Positions 60,823-64,000 of a DNA stretch of 64,000 nt are shown piece after piece (the first letter of the stretch is position 1; the number at the start of each line of letters is the position of its first letter). The translations under genes were made by a program, and so were the position numbers. Source of the stretch: Odoribacter sp. (GTDB lineage: Bacteria; Bacteroidota; Bacteroidia; Bacteroidales; Marinifilaceae); contig JAHHTT010000006.1 in assembly GCA_020024465.1 (NCBI GenBank), forward strand, positions 1,071-65,070. Reading direction: 5' to 3'. Under the pieces are notes generated by a model. It had not been told where the DNA came from. It saw nothing but the letters and a program-made list of their open reading frames with translations, and ran no database searches.

Positions 60823-62268
60823 TTATCTATTTCCATATTCTTCCTCAACTTCCGGTATCGGTAACACAAAAACATCATTGCTTGCCTTAATATTTCCCGG
60901 AGCGGTTTGTCTCAAAATATCATGATGGAGACGTTTATAAATAAAAAACATCTGTCCTTCACTCAAATATTCCCTCCGCATCTCCGCCAACAACACTTCA
61001 CTGTCCAAATTCGTCAACTTGTATTCACCGCCTACATCCATAAACCGGCTCATCCGCAACGTTTCCACCAGACTCTTTGCTTTTTCGGCATCCTCTTCCA
61101 ACCATCCTTCTGCAGCAATCAAATACATCTCGGACAACTTCATCATAGGAACCTTCGGTACAATTTCCTTTGCATTTGCCTCACTCAAATAATACTTTCT
61201 CAACCAAACACCAGCCTCAGCCACCCACCTGTTCATACGAATATCATTGGCAGAGCTGGCATAAACTTCTGTTTTCAAATCAGGACTCATCTGCAAATTT
61301 CCGGTATTATTGGGACCGGGATCCACCCGATGATGCTCTTCCGAATATTCTCTGATTTTTTTATTTCTCAAAGAAAAAATATGCTCATCCGAGAACAAGA
61401 TATCCCACTTAGTATCAGTCTCCGTACCAAAAGCCTTCCTATATTCCATCAAGGCAAATTTCTCACTGTCAATCACTTCTTCTGCCAACGCCCGTGCCAA
61501 CTCTTTGTCTCCCGAAGCATTCCGGGTAATATATATACGAGCCAACAATCCTTTCACCGCATAGTAATTAATACGTGCCACATATTTATCCGATTCGTTT
61601 TTATCCGACATCGCATAAGGTTTCACCTGCATAATCGGGTCATTTTCCAGATATTTCAACGCTTCCGTACAATCAGAAATACAAGCCTTCAAAAATTCAT
61701 CGCCAGTTGAAAGCGGAGTCGTCTTCACTCCGAATTCACAATTATAAGGTAATTTTTTTGCCTGAGGATCCTGACCATACGAAGGTGCAAACAGCCGCCA
61801 CAAATCAAAATGCATCCAAGCTCTTAAAGCCAAAGCCTCTCCCTTGATCTGCTTTCTCACATCAGCCGTCAGTACATCTCCATTTTTAGCCTCATACTTT
61901 AACAGATTGTTAATCATGGCTATCGTATAATAACCGTTTGCCCACAGACTCTCTACATATTCTTTGGCATCTTCCATTGCATAATTGTAATTCGCCAGAG
62001 AATTATAGTTTGCCAACATATTGCTATAATCATAAGTCTGTGCCAATACATCCACTACTCCAAATGTCATTTCCGCTCCATACAGTTCACTTTTCGACAT
62101 TTTGCTATATATTCCGGCCAAAGCCTCATGAAATCCCTGTTCTGTACTGAACAGCTTTTCTTCCTCCACTTCATTGATCAAATCAACATCCAGCCAATTG
62201 GAGCAAGAAGCCAATAGAAGAAATAATCCAACCAAAAATCCTGTATTTCTAAGTTTCATATCAATCAT
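60823..62268 (-). CDS. SusD/RagB family lipoprotein
   Basis: Lipobox LASC, KGEALALRAWMHFDLWRLF, MKLSEMYLIAAE, REYLSEGQMFFIYKR. Confidence 0.93.
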   Translation of the reverse strand: MIDMKLRNTGFLVGLFLLLASCSNWLDVDLINEVEEEKLFSTEQGFHEALAGIYSKMSKSELYGAEMTFGVVDVLAQTYDYSNMLANYNSLANYNYAMEDAKEYVESLWANGYYTIAMINNLLKYEAKNGDVLTADVRKQIKGEALALRAWMHFDLWRLFAPSYGQDPQAKKLPYNCEFGVKTTPLSTGDEFLKACISDCTEALKYLENDPIMQVKPYAMSDKNESDKYVARINYYAVKGLLARIYITRNASGDKELARALAEEVIDSEKFALMEYRKAFGTETDTKWDILFSDEHIFSLRNKKIREYSEEHHRVDPGPNNTGNLQMSPDLKTEVYASSANDIRMNRWVAEAGVWLRKYYLSEANAKEIVPKVPMMKLSEMYLIAAEGWLEEDAEKAKSLVETLRMSRFMDVGGEYKLTNLDSEVLLAEMRREYLSEGQMFFIYKRLHHDILRQTAPGNIKASNDVFVLPIPEVEEEYGNR

Positions 62269-62285
62269 ATTACTAATTTACCCTA

Positions 62286-64000
62286 TTAAAAAGCTACATT
62301 TAAGCCAATTGAAAACGTTTTGGCAAAAGGATAGGCAGTACCCCTCTCCTGTTCAATCGATGAAATACGGAAAACATCTGTCATACTTGCCAGAAACTTG
62401 ATCCGCTCTGCTCCGATACAAGAAGCATATTTCAATGGCAATTCATATGATAATGATACCGACTGCAAACTGAAAAGATTATCCTTCTGCATCAAACGTG
62501 TAGTCTGATAGGCATTTGTTTGTTCATCTATCCGACGGAACAATGCCTCATCTCCAGGATTTTGCCAACGGTCATACAAAGCTCTTTTATCCTTGTTATG
62601 CACACGTTCATAATGCTGCCAGTTATTCTCCACTTTATCCGCCAGTGTTGAATTATAAATCTTACCTCCCCACTGATAACGGAACAACAAATACAAATTA
62701 AAACTTTTCCAGTTCAAATTGCTGGTAACGGTACCTTCCATTGCAGGCAACATATCTCCCACTTTCACCTTATCACGATAATCATATACAAATGTACGGG
62801 AACCATCGGCTTTAATAAAAACCTCATTTCCTGTTGCCGGATCTATACCTGCCGAACGCACCAACATCAAAGCAGACTGTGAACGTCCTTCAGCGTACTG
62901 TCGATACACCGTACTTCCCTTCAACGCAGACTCATCATTCGCTGCCTCATTCATCTTTTCCAACATATTCGACAATTTCTTAATCTTATTCCGATTGACA
63001 AAACCGGACAAAGTTACATTCCAGGTCAGTTCCTTGGCCCGGTTTTCAATAATACCTACACGCAAGCGCCCCTCTATACCTCGGTTTTCAGATTTACCCA
63101 AATTCTCCGTATAACTATAAAAACCGGTTGAAGGAGCAATATCGATCGGAAGTAACAGATTATCCGTAATCTTCAAATAAGCATCCACATTCAATTGAAC
63201 CCGACCTTTAAAAAATGCCCAGTCCACTCCGACATTATAAGAGTATGTATTCTGCCATTTCAAACCCGGATTTCCATATCCTTTCAACATCACTCCATAA
63301 TAACCGTTATACTCATTATCAAAATCATATAAATAAGTCGTCAATGCCTGCGAAGACTCAAAATTCACACTACCGGTGCTACCGGCAGACAAACGGACTT
63401 TCAAAAGATTTCTCTCATCCCAGTTCACAAAATGCTCTTTATGCACATTCCACGCAAAACCGACAGCCCAGAATGGAGCGAAACGGGAATCCCTTCCAAA
63501 CTTGCTGGAGCCATCTGTACGATAAGAAAAATCGAAGAAATAACGATTATCCCAACCATAGTTCACATTCGCAAAAAAGCCCACCAGTCTCGACTTGTCA
63601 TATGATCCTGACGGCTTGGAATTATACTTGAATGCAGTTCCAGCTCCAATAAAATCCATTGATTCACTCACAAATCCCGTTGCTGTATACCAATCTCCTT
63701 TAGACATCGTTGCCATCATATTGGTTCCTACTCCGATATTCAGTACATTTTTCCCGATATTTTTAAAATAAGACAAGGTCACATTACCATCAAACCGGTC
63801 TGTTTTACCATTTTTCACATAATAACTACCCTTATTTTTCTCTGCATCTTCCACATCGGAAGCCACATAATTAAACTCGGGTGATTTAGGAGATTTAAAC
63901 TCTTCCGCCTTATCCAACTGTTTTGTATAACTGAAACGTCCTTGCAAACGCATACTGGGGATGATACGCCAATCAATATTAAAATTATCTTGGACAGAAG
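62286..64000 (-). CDS. SusC/RagA TonB-dependent transporter (5' part beyond window end)
   Basis: The frame stays open to the window edge (...QDNFNIDWRIIPSMRLQGRF...); DGSSKFG, GNPGLKWQ, ERGTAYPFA...F C-terminus. Confidence 0.93.
   Translation of the reverse strand, partial: SVQDNFNIDWRIIPSMRLQGRFSYTKQLDKAEEFKSPKSPEFNYVASDVEDAEKNKGSYYVKNGKTDRFDGNVTLSYFKNIGKNVLNIGVGTNMMATMSKGDWYTATGFVSESMDFIGAGTAFKYNSKPSGSYDKSRLVGFFANVNYGWDNRYFFDFSYRTDGSSKFGRDSRFAPFWAVGFAWNVHKEHFVNWDERNLLKVRLSAGSTGSVNFESSQALTTYLYDFDNEYNGYYGVMLKGYGNPGLKWQNTYSYNVGVDWAFFKGRVQLNVDAYLKITDNLLLPIDIAPSTGFYSYTENLGKSENRGIEGRLRVGIIENRAKELTWNVTLSGFVNRNKIKKLSNMLEKMNEAANDESALKGSTVYRQYAEGRSQSALMLVRSAGIDPATGNEVFIKADGSRTFVYDYRDKVKVGDMLPAMEGTVTSNLNWKSFNLYLLFRYQWGGKIYNSTLADKVENNWQHYERVHNKDKRALYDRWQNPGDEALFRRIDEQTNAYQTTRLMQKDNLFSLQSVSLSYELPLKYASCIGAERIKFLASMTDVFRISSIEQERGTAYPFAKTFSIGLNVAF

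Noticed and set aside
60907..61710. 267-aa plus-strand ORF (similarly 52721-53353, 55340-55999 and 2238-2798)
   Set aside because: Antisense shadows of well-supported genes (susD, kamA, kce, rny)

Overview
Chromosomal window from an anaerobic Bacteroidales bacterium. The gene content (SusC/SusD-DUF4843-PKD-like lipoprotein loci, lysine-to-butyrate operon) suggests Odoribacteraceae/Marinifilaceae; this is an inference. Left to right: a partial M23 peptidase; the conserved zapB-zapA-6S RNA-rny cluster; an ECF sigma/FecR-controlled SusC-SusD-DUF4843-PKD lipoprotein locus with no CAZymes; a decayed mobilizable-element remnant (mob pseudogene plus cargo) next to tRNA-Ser(GCT); an AT-rich block of housekeeping and envelope genes (ECF stress module, GT2, lipid A acyltransferase, DUF349, pyrG, yidC, ferritin, purM, AsmA/NamZ/DUF4837/DUF3108/Ig-like operon, comF, TonB-like, LolE-like); an aminotransferase and a four-subunit 2-oxoacid:ferredoxin oxidoreductase; a 15-gene lysine fermentation/butyrate operon (ctfA-kal-kce-kdd-kamA-kamB-kamC-kamD-kamE-ctfB-bcd-etfB-etfA-crt-hbd); and a second, paralogous SusC/SusD-DUF4843-PKD-thioredoxin locus cut by the window end. 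The most interesting unannotated signal is a candidate ~80-nt sigma54-driven small RNA at about 34071-34150 (minus strand). Its single-stranded part is complementary to an 'AACUU-AUG-AAA-AAA' translation start context. All calls come from reading the sequence and ORF translations; no database searches were run.
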